A stretch of DNA of 64,000 nt from Octopus bimaculoides. Taxonomy: Eukaryota. Made by a program: the position numbers and the translations under genes. Positions 39,143 through 52,140 of the stretch are shown in pieces (position 1 is the first letter of the stretch; each line of letters starts with the position of its first letter). Under the pieces are notes generated by a model. The model was not told the DNA's origin, did no database searches, and saw only the letters and a list, made by a program, of their open reading frames with translations. The DNA is taken from assembly GCF_001194135.2 (NCBI RefSeq), contig NC_068985.1, positions 32,621,445 to 32,685,444 on the forward strand, written 5' to 3'.

Positions 39143-40363
39143 NNNNNNNNNNNNNNNNNNNNNNNNNNNNNNNNNNNNNNNNNNNNNNNNNNNNNNNNNN
39201 NNNNNNNNNNNNNNNNNNNNNNNNNNNNNNNNNNNNNNNNNNNNNNNNNNNNNNNNNNNNNNNNNNNNNNNNNNNNNNNNNNNNNNNNNNNNNNNNNNNN
39301 NNNNNNNNNNNNNNNNNNNNNNNNNNNNNNNNNNNNNNNNNNNNNNNNNNNNNNNNNNNNNNNNNNNNNNNNNNNNNNNNNNNNNNNNNNNNNNNNNNNN
39401 NNNNNNNNNNNNNNNNNNNNNNNNNNNNNNNNNNNNNNNNNNNNNNNNNNNNNNNNNNNNNNNNNNNNNNNNNNNNNNNNNNNNNNNNNNNNNNNNNNNN
39501 NNNNNNNNNNNNNNNNNNNNNNNNNNNNNNNNNNNNNNNNNNNNNNNNNNNNNNNNNNNNNNNNNNNNNNNNNNNNNNNNNNNNNNNNNNNNNNNNNNNN
39601 NNNNNNNNNNNNNNNNNNNNNNNNNNNNNNNNNNNNNNNNNNNNNNNNNNNNNNNNNNNNNNNNNNNNNNNNNNNNNNNNNNNNNNNNNNNNNNNNNNNN
39701 NNNNNNNNNNNNNNNNNNNNNNNNNNNNNNNNNNNNNNNNNNNNNNNNNNNNNNNNNNNNNNNNNNNNNNNNNNNNNNNNNNNNNNNNNNNNNNNNNNNN
39801 NNNNNNNNNNNNNNNNNNNNNNNNNNNNNNNNNNNNNNNNNNNNNNNNNNNNNNNNNNNNNNNNNNNNNNNNNNNNNNNNNNNNNNNNNNNNNNNNNNNN
39901 NNNNNNNNNNNNNNNNNNNNNNNNNNNNNNNNNNNNNNNNNNNNNNNNNNNNNNNNNNNNNNNNNNNNNNNNNNNNNNNNNNNNNNNNNNNNNNNTAATT
40001 ATAATAAAATTGTTTGGAAACAGAAATAGGAATCCAAATGAAAAGCCACAAATAATTTATTTGTATACTTCACAATGTATTTGAAATTTAATTCAACTAA
40101 AACAGGAAAGAGAATAGATTTAGAGTACTTGTTAACTCTTGTAAAACTGAAATGAAACTCAAACAAGTTTTAAAAAGGTGGTAATAGTTTCAGGAAAAAG
40201 AAAAATGTTAGTTTTTACACAGTATGAGAACAAAAAATCTGGTGAATGGATTAGTGGTGAATTGGATTTAAAAAAAAAAAAAAAAAAAAAATGTTGAAAA
40301 TTGTCAGTATGAAAAAAAATATATATATATACCAAATTACTCAATATATAAAAAAAATTAATT

Positions 40364-40507
40364 TTAATATATATAATTCTGTGCAGTTGTTGACTTATCT
40401 AAAGAAACCATTACATCATCAACATTAGTTTGCAGTTTCTTATATTCATTAGCATTTGGCCGCCGACCACGTTTCTGGTTTCGCCCTTCTATGATGAACG
40501 CAATGAT
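40364..40507 (-). CDS. TGN38/TGOLN2-C5orf15 family protein, terminal exon (cytoplasmic tail); not in ORF track
   Basis: Acceptor ttatctttttctag|; hand translation IIAFIIEGRNQKRGRRPNANEYKKLQTNVDDVMVSLDKSTTAQNYIY*. Resembles recalled TGN46 [25 protein letters not shown] and C5orf15 EYHRLDQNVNEAM..DYIF tails. Confidence 0.88.
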   Translation of the reverse strand: MIAFIIEGRNQKRGRRPNANEYKKLQTNVDDVMVSLDKSTTAQNYIY

Positions 40508-40554
40508 CTAGAAAAAGATAATAATTTTGTTGGTAATAGCTACAAGTATAATAA

Positions 40555-40942
40555 TAATGGTTTCAAATTTTGCCAAAAGGGTAGCAGTTTTGGGGAAAGG
40601 GATGAGTCGATTACATTGACCCCAGTGTTTAACTCGTACTTATTTTATCAACCCCAAAAAGATGAAAGGCAAAGTTGGCCTCAGCGGAATTTGAACTCAA
40701 AATGTAGCGACGGGTGAAATACTGCTAAGCATTTCATCTGGCATGCAAACAGTTCTGCCATCTATAATGATAATATTAACGGTTTCAAATTTTGGCACAA
40801 AGTCAGGAATTATTTTATCGGCACCAAAAGGATGAAAGGCAAAGTTGACCAAAATGGAATTTAAACTCATATTGTAAAGACAGACGAAATGTCGCTAAGC
40901 ATTTTTCCTGGCATGCTAACGATTCTGCCAGCTCACTACCTT
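40555..40942 (-). mobile_element. Two tandem SINE B copies
   Basis: Repeated tttcaaattt..aaaaggatgaaaggcaaagtt..tttgaactc..gctaagcattt. Confidence 0.8.
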
Positions 40943-41570
40943 AATAATAATAACAAAAAAGAGATTATGAGTGCTCACAATTTTTTTTTTTAATTTCTTT
41001 TAGCAATAAACATCTCCTTTTACAGAAGAGACCATTTAATCATAAGCAAAACATAAGACAAAAGGTATGGGTTGGATGGTTTGAGAGGAGCTGGCAAGCC
41101 TGATGATTGCACCGAGCTTCACTGTCTGCTTTGACATAGTTTTTACAGCTGGATGTGCTTCCAAGACAATGATATATCATCATCATCATTTTAACATTCA
41201 ATTTTCCAGTGCTTACATAAACTGGATGGAGTTTGAGGTTATTGATCCCTTCCTGTCACCAGCCCTCACCAGTTTTCAAACAAAGTAATATTTCTCCTTG
41301 GCTAGACATGTTCTTACAGTAAATTGGAAATATATGAGATTGCCTGCATGACAGTGACACTCATTTACAATTATCACACAATGTCAAGACAAGGAGACAC
41401 AAACACATATGCATACACATTTTGTCTGTCTGTATGTATGCATGTATATATATATATATATATATATATANNNNNNNNNNNNNNNNNNNNNNNNNNNNNN
41501 NNNNNNNNNNNNNNNNNNNNNNNNNNNNNNNNNNNNNNNNNNNNNNNNNNNNNNNNNNNNNNNNNNNNNN

Positions 41571-42793
41571 AAAAATGAAAATAATACTGACATCTCATTT
41601 TAACAAATATATTTACCAAAATTACATAATGATATCTTGGAATACTAAAGAGTAAATTTATTCAATAAAATTGCCATTGGCTTCAACCACGACCTCCAGA
41701 CGACTTTGGAATCTCCTGCAACTCTTCTGGATGATCTCCTTGTTTAAGTTAGTGAATGCTGCTATAATCTTTGCCTTCAGTTCATCTTTGGTGCTACAAA
41801 GAGTTTTGTTGGTCTCTTGCTCAACTGCACCCCACATATAATAATCAAGGGGTTTGCAGTCTGGGGAGTTAGATGGCCAGTTGTTAAGGGTGATGTGGTC
41901 CTAGAAATTGTCTGACAACCATGACTGGGTTCTCCTGCATGTGTGGCATGGTGCAGAGTCCTGTTGCCAGACACAGGGTCTTCCAGCAGCCACCCTCTTG
42001 ACCCAGGGTAGCACTACCTCCTCCAGATACTTGATGTAGGCCTCCATGTTGAATCTGAGACTGTGTGGGAAGATGAATGGAAGCATAATGTTGCCATCAC
42101 TAGTGATCACTCCAATCACTGTAATGTTGACTGGATGTTTGATTTTTATCACTCTCGGAACATGTTTTTGGGACATGGCAAGCCAACGGTTGTTCTGTGT
42201 GTTAACCATCTGATCCAGGCAGAAATATTTCTCATCTGAGAAAAACCAAAACATGTTCGGTTGGAGGGGATGCTTGAGTTTATTCAAAAGCTTTGATGCA
42301 TGGTCTTTCCTCTTGTCCTTGATGGCTTGGGATAAAAATTTGTCCTTTCACATCTTGCATGAGGAATACAGAATGTCTTCATGCACCTGGCGATGGACCT
42401 GATTGACTTGGAGGGCTCGTTGTCAATCATGGCCTGGATCTCAACAACAAATTCAGGAGTTCTTTTCTTGTCAGAACAATCGGAATGCGTTTTACGAGCT
42501 GCCGTACCTTCATAATCACCATCAGACTCATTCAATACTCTCAGAATCCTCTGCACTGTCCTCAGATTGACACCCAAACACTTTGAAATGTTCAATTTGG
42601 AGCTTCTGACATGAATGCCAAGCAGCACAGCATGTTGTTTCTAAATTTCTGGCAGAGTGAATTGCATCATGATACTAATTTTCTCACATATAGTGCCCAA
42701 CTGACCCTACTTTACAGTGTAGTTGACAAAATCAAAAACAAACAATGCACATGTACAAAATGAAAATGACAACGATATACCCATTGCACCCTG
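41571..42793 (-). mobile_element. Tc1/mariner superfamily DD37D (maT-type) transposon, inactivated
   Basis: HTH region, FFSDEKYF, WQQDSAPCH..WPSNSPDCKPLDY with 37 residues between the 2nd and 3rd Asp; in-frame TAG and frameshift. Terminus cagggtgcaatgg with TA at 42794-42795; the other end probably lies in the N gap. Confidence 0.88.
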
Positions 42794-42795
42794 TA

Positions 42796-43135
42796 TATAT
42801 ATGTATGTATTTGTCCCCCCACCATCACTTGACAACTGATGCTGGTGTGTTTACATCCCTGTAACTTATCAGTTCAGGCTTACAAAAAATAAGTCCTGGG
42901 GTTGATTTGTTTGACTAAAAGTGGTGCTCTAGCATGGCTGCAGTCAAATGACTGAAACAAGTAAAAGAATATGTGTGTGTGTGTACATACAATGAGCTTC
43001 CTCCAGTTTCCATCTACCAAATCCACTCACAAGGCTTCAGTTAGCTAGAGGCCATAGTAAAAGATACTTGTCCAAGACACCACACAGTAAGACTGAACAA
43101 GAAGTGATGTCTTTGTGAAGCAAACTTAAGCACAC
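42796..43135. mobile_element. SINE A 3' half (+) abutting a SINE A 5' half (-)
   Basis: ttgtccccccaccatcacttgacaac..aacaagtaaaagaa followed by aatgagcttcctccagtttccatctaccaaatccactcacaagg. Confidence 0.75.
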
Positions 43136-44423
43136 AGACTGGTAAACAACGCAGTCAAAAGTAAAAGTTGCAATGTACAGCCAAATGGGTATCAAATTAT
43201 GCATAACCTGTTTACTGGATAAGTGTATTAACCTTTTCATTATAAAAAATTATTTTTAAACTTTTTTTTACCAATTTGTTTCTTTACACATTTTGAAAAA
43301 AATTGTGAAAACAATTATTTTCACAGTTATATGTCCTGTTTTTTAATAACTTATTTAATCTTTTAGCATTTAGACTGGCCATATCTGATCCAAATATTCT
43401 ACTTGCTTTTATATATAAACTGGCCAGATCCTGCCTCTCATACTTACCATGCAATGTTATTGTAAAAAATAAATAATCACATCTTTAAAATTACAAAGTT
43501 ATGAGGCAATGCATCATTAATTCAAAACATTGTGGATAAATAAGTATTACATTTGACAGAATAATTCAAATACTAATGGGCTAAAGGAGATGGATAAAAG
43601 CTTCCCAATCAATAATGATGGCTGACTTCCACCTGTTTTACTTTTTGGAGGGGGCAGTGTTCTTTGCCTGTACAACTGCAGGTTGTGGGGGTGGGGAGGC
43701 ATTGAAGTTATGGTCTTTAATTGCATGAGGCATATGAAGTGAATTGTCTAGAAGGATGGTTTCGATAAATGGCTCAGCTGTCAGAAATGAAACAATTGCA
43801 GCCAAAAGATAGCTGAGCTTCAGCCAATTAGCTAACTCAAAAGGGCTGTAAAGTATGTTACATTAAGTAGGCAGTCTTCACTCAACGGATCTAATGGATG
43901 AAGAGACTATGATGATTGGTTAATGGTTAACTTCAGAGGTAAGGAACAGGTCAAGGATATAGACAGGAGTGGATACTAATGGGTCAGACAGTTGATGGTG
44001 GCAAAGGGTTTGCTCTCTGCACCAACAATACTGTTGTTTAGCCTTGACAGAACAGATCTATAATCAAAGGCATTTCAGCCATGATCATCACATCATTTCC
44101 TTAGGTATTACATATCTTTGACAACATTATCCAATGTGTTCACCTTTTTTTAAGAATGCAGGTTGTGATTTGAATGCTGTTCTTGCCTGTGGAAGGATTA
44201 CACAGAGACCCCTTTATTTGCTACAGGCTTTAGTGTGCAAGGATTGTGACAGCCAAGAGCTGTGTAGATTGAAGTCACCAAGAATGGTGGCAACAAAGAG
44301 AAGGAAACAACTGAACCACGGAATGTACTCAAAAAAAGATTAATATATCATCATTAAGTGGAAATGAATTTGCTTCCAGTTATTAATAAATTTATTCATA
44401 AGCAACAAAAATAAATGTTTTAC

Positions 44424-44557
44424 CTTTTGTTTGTTGTGGAAAACAATATATCCAGCAATACAAAGAACAATAGCTGTTAAGAAATAGCCCATGAAATGTG
44501 CAGATGAGGGTGCTTCATTGTAAGCTGTGCTCACTGGAGTTTTCTTTGGAACAGTAT
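44424..44557 (-). CDS. TGN38/TGOLN2-C5orf15 family protein, transmembrane exon (alternative in-frame acceptor at 44599)
   Basis: Acceptor ttcctattcag|, donor AAG|gtaaaa. DTVPKKTPVSTAYNEAPSSAHFMGYFLTAIVLCIAGYIVFHNKQK matches the family SSHF..TM..HNKRK signature. Phase 1 to 0 joins both neighbours in frame. Confidence 0.88.
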
Positions 44558-44959
44558 CTGAATAGGAATATTTTACAGAATTCATCGTTATTTTCAAAAC
44601 TGTGTTTCAATAGAAAAATGGTAACAAAATAGTTAAGTATATTTTTAATTAACTACGTTTTACAATTTACATGAAATAGTAGGAATTACAAATAATCAAT
44701 TAACTTTAGTTTGTAGGTAGGCAAAAACTGAAAAAAAAAAAAAAAAAAGAAATCTCCATTTCATGAATTTTGTAAGCCTTACCTGAAAAAACTAAGAATC
44801 CAACAAAATTTTTTTAACTGAATTATCATAGTGGTATGAGAGAATCTTTTAAACTATTGCTTAATCATCAATATATTGATGTTGATGGAAAATATTTTCA
44901 AGAATCAGACCCAATTATTTCATTTGAAATATTTTATAATACATTCAGAATTTATCATC

Positions 44960-47900
44960 ATCATTATCCTCATTATCACCATCATTTAACATCTGTTTTC
45001 CATGCTGGTATGAGTTGGATGGTTTGACTGAAAACTGTTAAGCTGGGGAGCTGCACAAGGTTTCACTCTGATTTGGCATGGTTTCTACAGCTGAATGCCC
45101 TTCCTAATGTCAACCACTCCAAGAGTGTAGTGGGTGGTTTTTACATGGCACCTGCATGGGTGCCAGTAACAAAACACTGGCATCGGTCACGATTACAATC
45201 TCACTTGGCTTCACAGGTCTTCTCTAGTACGGTATATTACCAAAGTTCTTGTTCATTTGTCACTGCCTCTGCGAGGCCCAAAGTTCAAAGGGTGCTTTTT
45301 ATGCACCACCAGCAACAACTATGATTTCACTTGGCTTGATAGGTCTTCTCAAGCACAGCATATCACCCAACATTTGAAGGGTACTTTATACATGCCACTG
45401 GCATGAGTGCCAGTTACACAATGCTAGTATCAGCCATGACTGTGATGGGTCTTCTCAAGCACAGCATAACACCAAAGGTCTTGGTCACTTGTCATTGCCT
45501 CCATGAGGACCAACATTCAATGATCATGCTTCATCACTTCGTCCCATGTCTTCTTGGGGTCTATCTCTACCGCAGGATCCCTCCATCATTAGATATCAGT
45601 ACTTCTTCACACAGCTGTCCTCATCCATACGCATTACATGACCATACCAGTGCAGTCATGTCTCTTGCACATCACATCTGATGCCGCTTATGCGCAACTT
45701 TTCTCTCAGGATGCTTGCACTCTATTGTGCATGCACACTGATATTACACATCCAGCGAAGTATACTAGCTTCATTTCTTTCAAGCCTTCACATGTCCTTG
45801 GCTGTTACAGCCTGTGTTTCATTGCTGTGTAGCATGGCTGTTCACACATAAACATCATACAATCTGACTTTCATTCTGAGGGAGAGGCCCTTTTGTTACC
45901 AACAGAGGTAGGAGCTCTCTGAACTTTGCCTAGCCTATTCTTATTTTAGTAGCTACACTCTCAAAGCATCCACCTCTACTACTGACTTGGTCACCTAGGT
46001 AACAGAAGCTGTCAACTACTTCTAGTTTTCCCTGCTGGCATTTGATGGAGTCTATTTTCTGTACATTTTTGGTGTTTATTGTATTTGTGCATCTTCCACA
46101 CACAAAAGCTATTTTCTCTGTTAACAATCCTCTGATATTGATGCACTTTTTATGTGTCCGTATCTTACAGTAGACACATCTTATAGAATTACTACCTATG
46201 CCTACAAATAGAGCAGGGCCATCTGCCTGAAGGGATTTGCAATTTGTTTGCTCTCTTACTAACTAAGACTTTGGTATTTGCTAAATTAACTTTAAGGCCC
46301 TTTGATTCTAGACCTTGCTTCCATACCTGAAATTTCTTCTCTAGTCCTGGTAGTGATTCAGCTATAAGAACAAAGTCATCAGTATAGAGGAGCTCCCAGA
46401 GGCAGCCTGTCTTAATTCCTGTTATAACTGGAGAACTATGATGAACAAGACGGGGCTGAGGACTGATCCTTGGTGAACCCCTACTTGTACCCTGAATTCC
46501 TTGCTATACTTGTTGCTAACCTTCACCTTACTGACAGTGTCTCTGTCCATGGCTTGTACAGCTCTCACCAACCACTCATCTATTCCTAGCTTCCACATCG
46601 ACCACTAGATAAGGGAGTGGGGGACCCTGTCAAAGGCCTTCTCCATATTGACAAAAGACAGGTACAGGGGTTTATTTTTGGCTAGATATTTCTCCTGCAG
46701 CTGCCTAATCAGGAATATAGCTTCAGTTGTGCTCCTGCCTGGCACAAATCTAAACTGCACCTCATCTACACAAACTCTTTTTCTAATTAATTGAGCTATG
46801 GCCCTTTCTGTGACTTTCATCATCTGGTCCAGCAGTTTGATGCCTCTGTAATTATCCCTGTTTAAGGCATCACCTTTGCCTTTCTAGCAGTTGACTATGA
46901 TGCTGCTATACTAATCATCGCATATGACTACCTTGTGGACAACCTGATTAACTATATGAGCGACTAGGCCTACTCCACCAGAGATTTTAAGCATCTCATT
47001 AGAGATTCCTGATGGGCTAAGGACTTTCCTGGTCTTCATGTCCTTAATTGCTTTGTATAAGCACCTGTTGATTCAAATAGCTTGTCCCTCATTTGGGTCA
47101 ACATTTGGCAGACTCTCCTTCTCCCATTCATTCTCCATGTTTAGCAGCCTTTCATAATGGCATTTCCAAGCCTCTTTCTTTGCAGAATCATTAAATCAAG
47201 TGAAGTATCATCAATGTGGACACATTTCTCTCCTATGACATCACACTATCTGAAATGCTTCAAGTCTCTAGTCCTCACATTGCAGAACATAGGCAAACTT
47301 CTTTTCTTCTTCTTCCCTGGATAAATATACCGGTCTTCTAGCTTCCCTTCTGGTTATCTGATACAGTTCCCTGTTACTCCTCACACTTCTAGGCCTGTTT
47401 CTTTGCTCTAATGGCTTGTCTGTAGCATCGTTCTGCCACCACATCACCCTAGGTCTGAATGGAACTTTGCACCAGCTGCAGATTTGGTCTGTGGCACTCG
47501 GCAAGCTGTCCTGCAAGAATTCCCAGTTGTCCTCTATGCTACAAGTCTGTAGTTCCTCCTTTTTCTCATCAAATTTCTTGATTAGGGTGTCCCTAAATCT
47601 CTGACCATATAAAGGGTCCTTAAGCTTCCAAATCCTTCTTTTCCAGATTGGTCCGCTTCTTGGTATCCTTCCAGGCTGGGAGTCTAAAGTTACTAATGAC
47701 TAGTATATGCTGGTGGAGTACATTCTTCACCAGGTAAGGTCTTTGTATTTATGAGCAACCACATATCCCACTGTCAGGTGAGAATGTAATTGATCTGGCT
47801 AGAGTGGTCACCCAATTGGTAGGTTATCAGGTGACTGGTTGGCTTCCTGAAGCTGGTGTTGCTGATCAATAAGTTATTCACATCACAGAACTCCAGCAGC

Positions 47901-48800
47901 CTTGTCCCTTCTTTGTTTTAGGAACCAATTCTACAGCCCCCATGTACACTATGGAAGATACTGGGCTGCTGTCCAACAATGCGCATTGAAATCTCCAACC
48001 ATGAAGAAAGATGAGATCATTGTCGTTCATCTTTGAGGTAGCCTGCAGAAGAATATCATAAAAGCAGTCCTTTTGTTCATTTGGTAGACCTGCTTGCGGG
48101 GTATAGGCAGAGATAATTGTCACTGTATTATTCTTCAAAACTAGCCTGAGCTAGTATAACATACTCTGACTACTTCTATGACATTATCTTCCCATTTCTC
48201 TACAAGAAGTATGCCCACACCACCTACTCCAGCACTGTTACCTTTCCAGAAGATTTTATACTTGTATGTCATATCAGTGAGGAACCTGGCTGAAGCTCTC
48301 CTCCACCTTACCTCTTGAATGCAACACGCATCAACATGCCTCCTTTCAAGCGGCTCAACAATCACACCAGACTTACCTTTCAATATGCCTACATTTACAA
48401 TGCTAACTCTGAAAACTGGGAAAGGGGCGTGGGAGGGAACATGCGAAGAAGGTATTCAGTACTTGAAAAGAATGTTCCATTAAGCATTTGATAAGACATA
48501 TCACATCAGTTGTTCTTGTTTTAATCTACCATCATTCAATCATATTAAAATTACTGCTCCTATTGGGAGTGAGCATAATATAAGCATTGCAAATATCAGC
48601 ATTATTGCTGCTAACTTAAATGGGTCAACGTTTAAATTAAGTAGATAAACAGCTCTATGTTAATCCATTGTATGTAGAGAGAAAGGAGTAAGTGGTTTGT
48701 TAATTTACTAAGTAATGCATCTCCTTTTGGTGCATGCAGTAATGTGGATGAGATTGCTGGTGGTGCACAGATAAGTAAAACAGCCAGCTTCATTGCATAT
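44960..48800 (-). mobile_element. Near-full-length decayed RTE LINE (5' UTR, APE, RT with PHD-like insert, 3' UTR, CAT tail)
   Basis: Ordered fragments: VDACCIQEVRW, IISAYTPQAGL, VQFRFVPGRSTTEAIFLIRQLQEKY..EKAFDRVP, LEVVDSFCYLG, then (CAT)n terminus; ~3.8 kb. Confidence 0.9.
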
Positions 48801-50280
48801 AAGAGAGAGACTTGAAAGACTTGATCACCAGAGAAATCATGGCAAATATGAAAATACATGGATTATGAAACGGGGAGAGAATATTGTAAAAATTAAAGTA
48901 AGTGAGCATCAAGAATTACGAATTTTGAAAGTTGGTTTAAATCAGATTATGGCATGTTAGTATTATGAGTTAGATGAATGATGTGCAATTAAGATGAGAG
49001 AAATTTTCTTAGCTTAGCTGGACATTATGTGTGGAATGATAATAACAGCAGTAAATGAAAATAAATTGCATAGATAAATTATCATATAAGCAGGTTAAAC
49101 TTTCATTGTCCAACCAAGTTATCCAGACAGTAAATAGATTCAATGACTCACATGGGTTTTGCTGTTTACAACTATTTCCATGGGTTAAGGAATTTTAATT
49201 AGCGTAATTCTTGGCTCAATACCATGCTTTTGGTCTCAAATGTATTAATTTATAACTCTTTAATTCTCTTCCATGTAGAGAATCTCTGGAACAACTTTAG
49301 GATGTCATTGCAGGCAACTTGCAAAGAATGTGTATGAACTCTTATAAATGTACCAATTTTCAGTTCAATTTTCCCACAAAAATGCATAAGTATGCATTTA
49401 TATACATTGCTTGTATAGTTTTTAATCCATTCTTCTACACCCAATCTTCTCATAGTCCACCAGAGCAGTTTAATGCCTTCTCAAAGATATCAAGGACTTA
49501 ATATGAATTTAGCTATTTGCAATGATGTTTTACATACAGTTGGCAAGGAATAAAATGAAAAGTCTATTATACCATGGTATAATACTCGTATAAAACAAAC
49601 TGCATTTCACTGTACAAAACCTAAGATGGAATCATGTCCCAAACAGGCTCTATTATCTGTAGCACATGAACTAGCAACTTGAGATTGCTACAGATACCAA
49701 ATAGTAGACCACTCCCCTTTTCCTTTAAAAGTTTACAAAGTAGATCAAAGTGTAATTAATGGGAGTTTTTCCTTCAGAAATATGTATAGTGAGTTGGTTA
49801 GTAAAGGGAGCAGTAGTTCATCATCTCAACAACTATGGTAGAAGGAACAATAAATTACTTTATACACATGATAGAGAGTCCTCTGTGATGTTCAGCAAAG
49901 GACTTAGTAATGTTGAGCAACAAGAGATGTTATATTAAACAACTCCAATATGGATTCCCCTTGTCAATAACAATCAATATTCAGGTTTCATTTTTTGTGA
50001 AAGCTTGAGGATGAAATTTTTTTCATTATATAGCATGAAAAGTTCCCATTTCTTTGTTACAATACCATAGATTTGACTCATATCTTAGTTTCAAGTATTT
50101 CATGTTGTTTCTCTTCTGCCACATTTTGCAGGGTTTCTTTCACTTTGCAGCTTTTTCCTTTATTGTAAAAACACCAGATTTCCTTGTCTCAACAAGTTTG
50201 TTTTAGCCTAAACAAAACTATTTGACAAGCATACAGCATTGTGGTCAACATATATTTCCAAAGCCTCAGAATCTTGAAAA

Positions 50281-52140
50281 TCATCATCATCATTTAACAT
50301 ATGTGCTCCATGCTGGCATAGGTTGGACTATTTAACAGTATCCATTGTGTCCAAGGATTGCATCATGCTCCAATGTCTATTATGGCATGGTTTCTATGAC
50401 TGGATGCACTTCCTAATGCCAACCACTTTACAGCATGGACTAAGTACTTTTTCATGCTACCTACACTACTGAGTTTGCTGTGCAGCTTGCAGAACGACAA
50501 ACCTTGATGGGGTGAGGGTAGAGGGAAACTCCAAGCCAGGGTACAAGGGAATGGAACTATAAGAAGTGTAAGAGGGTGACTGTGGTTCTTGCAGAGGATC
50601 TGCATGGCTACTCACACCTAGTAGAAGGATGAACAATAGGCATTACAATGGCATCACTACAACTATCCCCAATGAGACCTACAGCTTCCCGACTCTTCTT
50701 ATCCTTGATTACTTTACTACACAACTGTCAGCTTGAACAACGGTCCCCCTGTTGGGTCAGCAAGGAGTAATCCTTTTTCATCATTATCATAATCATCACT
50801 TAATATCTGTTGTCCATGCTGGCATGGGTTGGATGGTTTTGCAGGAGCTGCACTAGATACCATTGTCTGATTTAGCATGGTTTGGATGCCCTTCGAAATA
50901 CCAACCACTTTACAGAGTATGCTGATTGCTTTTTATGTGGCACTAACATTGGCAGGGTCACCAAGTAACTTGCATGACAAAGACCTCTGACTGAGAGGAA
51001 GAGTAGTATTGAGGAAGGTGGCTTTGTGTCATGTGAGAGGCTAAAGTGTACTAGAGGGGCACATTGACATTACACAATCAGCAGGGCATACTAGCTTTAT
51101 TTCTTTCAAACCTATGCATGCCTGTTTGCACACATGTGTCATATAGTTTACCTTTCATTCTGAGCAGAAGTAAGAGCTCTGAACTTTGCCCAAGTTATTC
51201 TTATTCTAGCAGTTACACTCTCAGAGCATCCACCCTGGCTACTGACTTGGTTCACCTAGGTAACGGAAGCTATCAACTACTTCTAGTTTTTCCCACTGGC
51301 ATGTGATGGAAGCGGTGCATTTGCTACACACACAAACTATCTTCCCAGTTAACCTTCCTTTGGTATTGCTGCACCTCTTATGTGTCCATAGCTTACACTG
51401 GGTACATCTTATGGAGTTTTTACCTATACCTTTTCTACAGATTGAGCAGGGCCATCTACCTGAAAGGATTTGTGATTTGTTCGTGCTCCTACTTACTAAG
51501 ACATTGGTTTTTGTTAGATTTACTCTAAGGCCCTTCGATTCTGGACCTTGCTTCCACACCTGAAACTTTTCCTCCAGTTCTGGTAGTGACTCAGCTATTA
51601 GAGCAAGGAGCTCCCTGGGGCAGCCTGTCTTGAATTCCTCTGTTATTGATTGGAGGACTATGATGAATAAGAGGGGGCTGAGGACTGATCCTACCCGGAA
51701 TTCTTCACTATACTCATCGCCAACCCTCAACTTACTGATTTAATTGCTTCATCTACCAAGGTACTGTCAATTCGGATAGCTGGTCCCTCTGTTGGGTCAA
51801 CATTTGGCAGACTCTTTCTCCCATTCATTCTCTTCATTTAACAACCTTTCATAGTGGCGTCTCCAAGTCTCTCTCTTTGCAGCCTTATTAAATGCAAGTG
51901 AGACATCATCCATGCAGACACATTTCTCTCCTATGACATCATGATTCTCTCTCACACACTGTCTTGCAACATGAAACACTTCAAGTATTTGGTCCTCACG
52001 TTGTAGAACACTGGCTAATTTTTTCTTATCTGCTTCCCCTCTGACTAAGTAAACCAGTCTTCTAGCTTCCCTTCTGGCGATCTAATACAGTTCCCTGCTA
52101 CCACCACTCTTCCAGTCCTTCTATGCCTGCTTCTATCAAA
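50281..52140 (-). mobile_element. Cluster of RTE LINE fragments (two 3' ends, RT and pre-RT pieces)
   Basis: GSVLSPLLFIIV..GLRVNLTKTNV..GRWPCSICRKG..LEVVDSFRYLG; CAT tails at 50281 and ~50780. Confidence 0.85.
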
